The position numbers and the translations under genes are program-made. This document shows, piece by piece, positions 63,315 through 64,000 of a stretch of 64,000 nucleotides of DNA. Location of the stretch: positions 45,756,001 through 45,820,000 of the forward strand of contig OZ024749.1 in assembly GCA_964016885.1 (NCBI GenBank), written 5' to 3'. The stretch comes from Eledone cirrhosa (Eukaryota). The notes under the pieces were generated by a model. It was not told the DNA's origin and did no database searches. It saw only the letters and a program-made list of their open reading frames with translations. Within the stretch, counting starts at the first letter, position 1. Each line of letters opens with the position of its first letter.

Positions 63315-63385
63315 TATTTTATTATGCGCATTTCAAAAACAAATATCATCATGCAATAATATTTGTGTTTTCATCAGATAAAACA
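63315..63385 (-). ncRNA. Minimal type-I hammerhead ribozyme
   Basis: Minus strand: UGUUUUAU-CUGAUGA-AAACACAAAUAUUAUU(GCAU)GAUGAUAUUUGUUUUU-GAAA-UGCGCA-UA^-AUAAAAUA; palindromic stem III and 8-bp stem I. Confidence 0.85.
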
Positions 63386-63489
63386 GGAGGACATGATATG
63401 AAGGCTAAAAAACACTTGTGGATAGTTCAGTTTTAAATTTAAAACTGAACTATCCACAAGTGTTTTTTAGCCTTCATATCATGTCCTCC

Positions 63490-63561
63490 TGTTTTATCTG
63501 ATGAAAACACAAATATTATTGCATGATGATATTTGTTTTTGAAAATGCGCATAATATAATA
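63490..63561 (+). ncRNA. Hammerhead ribozyme mirror copy (one extra A after GAAA, one stem I change)
   Basis: CTGATGA 63498-63504 ... GAAAATGCGCATA 63541-63553. Confidence 0.65.
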
Positions 63562-63591
63562 CATGGAACTCCTTTAACCATCTTTTGTTCT

Positions 63592-63753
<162 letters not shown>

Positions 63754-63851
63754 TATATAAATATGAATATATATATATATTATATATTATATAAGACGGC
63801 TTATATATATAAATATATATATAAATAAATATGTATATATATATATGTATG

Positions 63852-63883
<32 letters not shown>

Positions 63884-63899
63884 TGTATATATATATATG

Positions 63900-64000
<101 letters not shown>

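Overview
Very AT-rich, microsatellite-saturated eukaryotic non-coding DNA, probably intronic or intergenic. It is likely from an octopus-like mollusc (inferred from the SINE family and the repeat landscape, not verified). No credible protein-coding gene is present: almost all listed ORFs are translations of (TA)n, (GA)n, (CA)n and trinucleotide repeats, and only one weak candidate exon was seen (21261-21423, minus). The window holds about 20 copies of one tRNA-derived SINE, three 3' ends of an RTE-like retroelement (one with a twin-priming-type inversion), and at least 8 sequence-unrelated families of short elements sitting inside (TA)n arrays. Most of the latter share one architecture: (TA)n - long foldback palindrome - unique 35-150 bp tail with a conserved TYGAGYRCTY motif - (TA)n. 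Three of them (4932-5315, 57375-57831, 63189-63600) carry complete minimal type-I hammerhead ribozyme folds, mirrored on both strands. Others keep only the 3' half of a hammerhead, and two more solitary hammerheads occur at 27349 and 54601. This fits truncated or inverted Penelope-like retroelement termini that target (TA)n. One family instead carries a full tRNA-like cloverleaf and occurs both as a direct-repeat-flanked unit and as a foldback.
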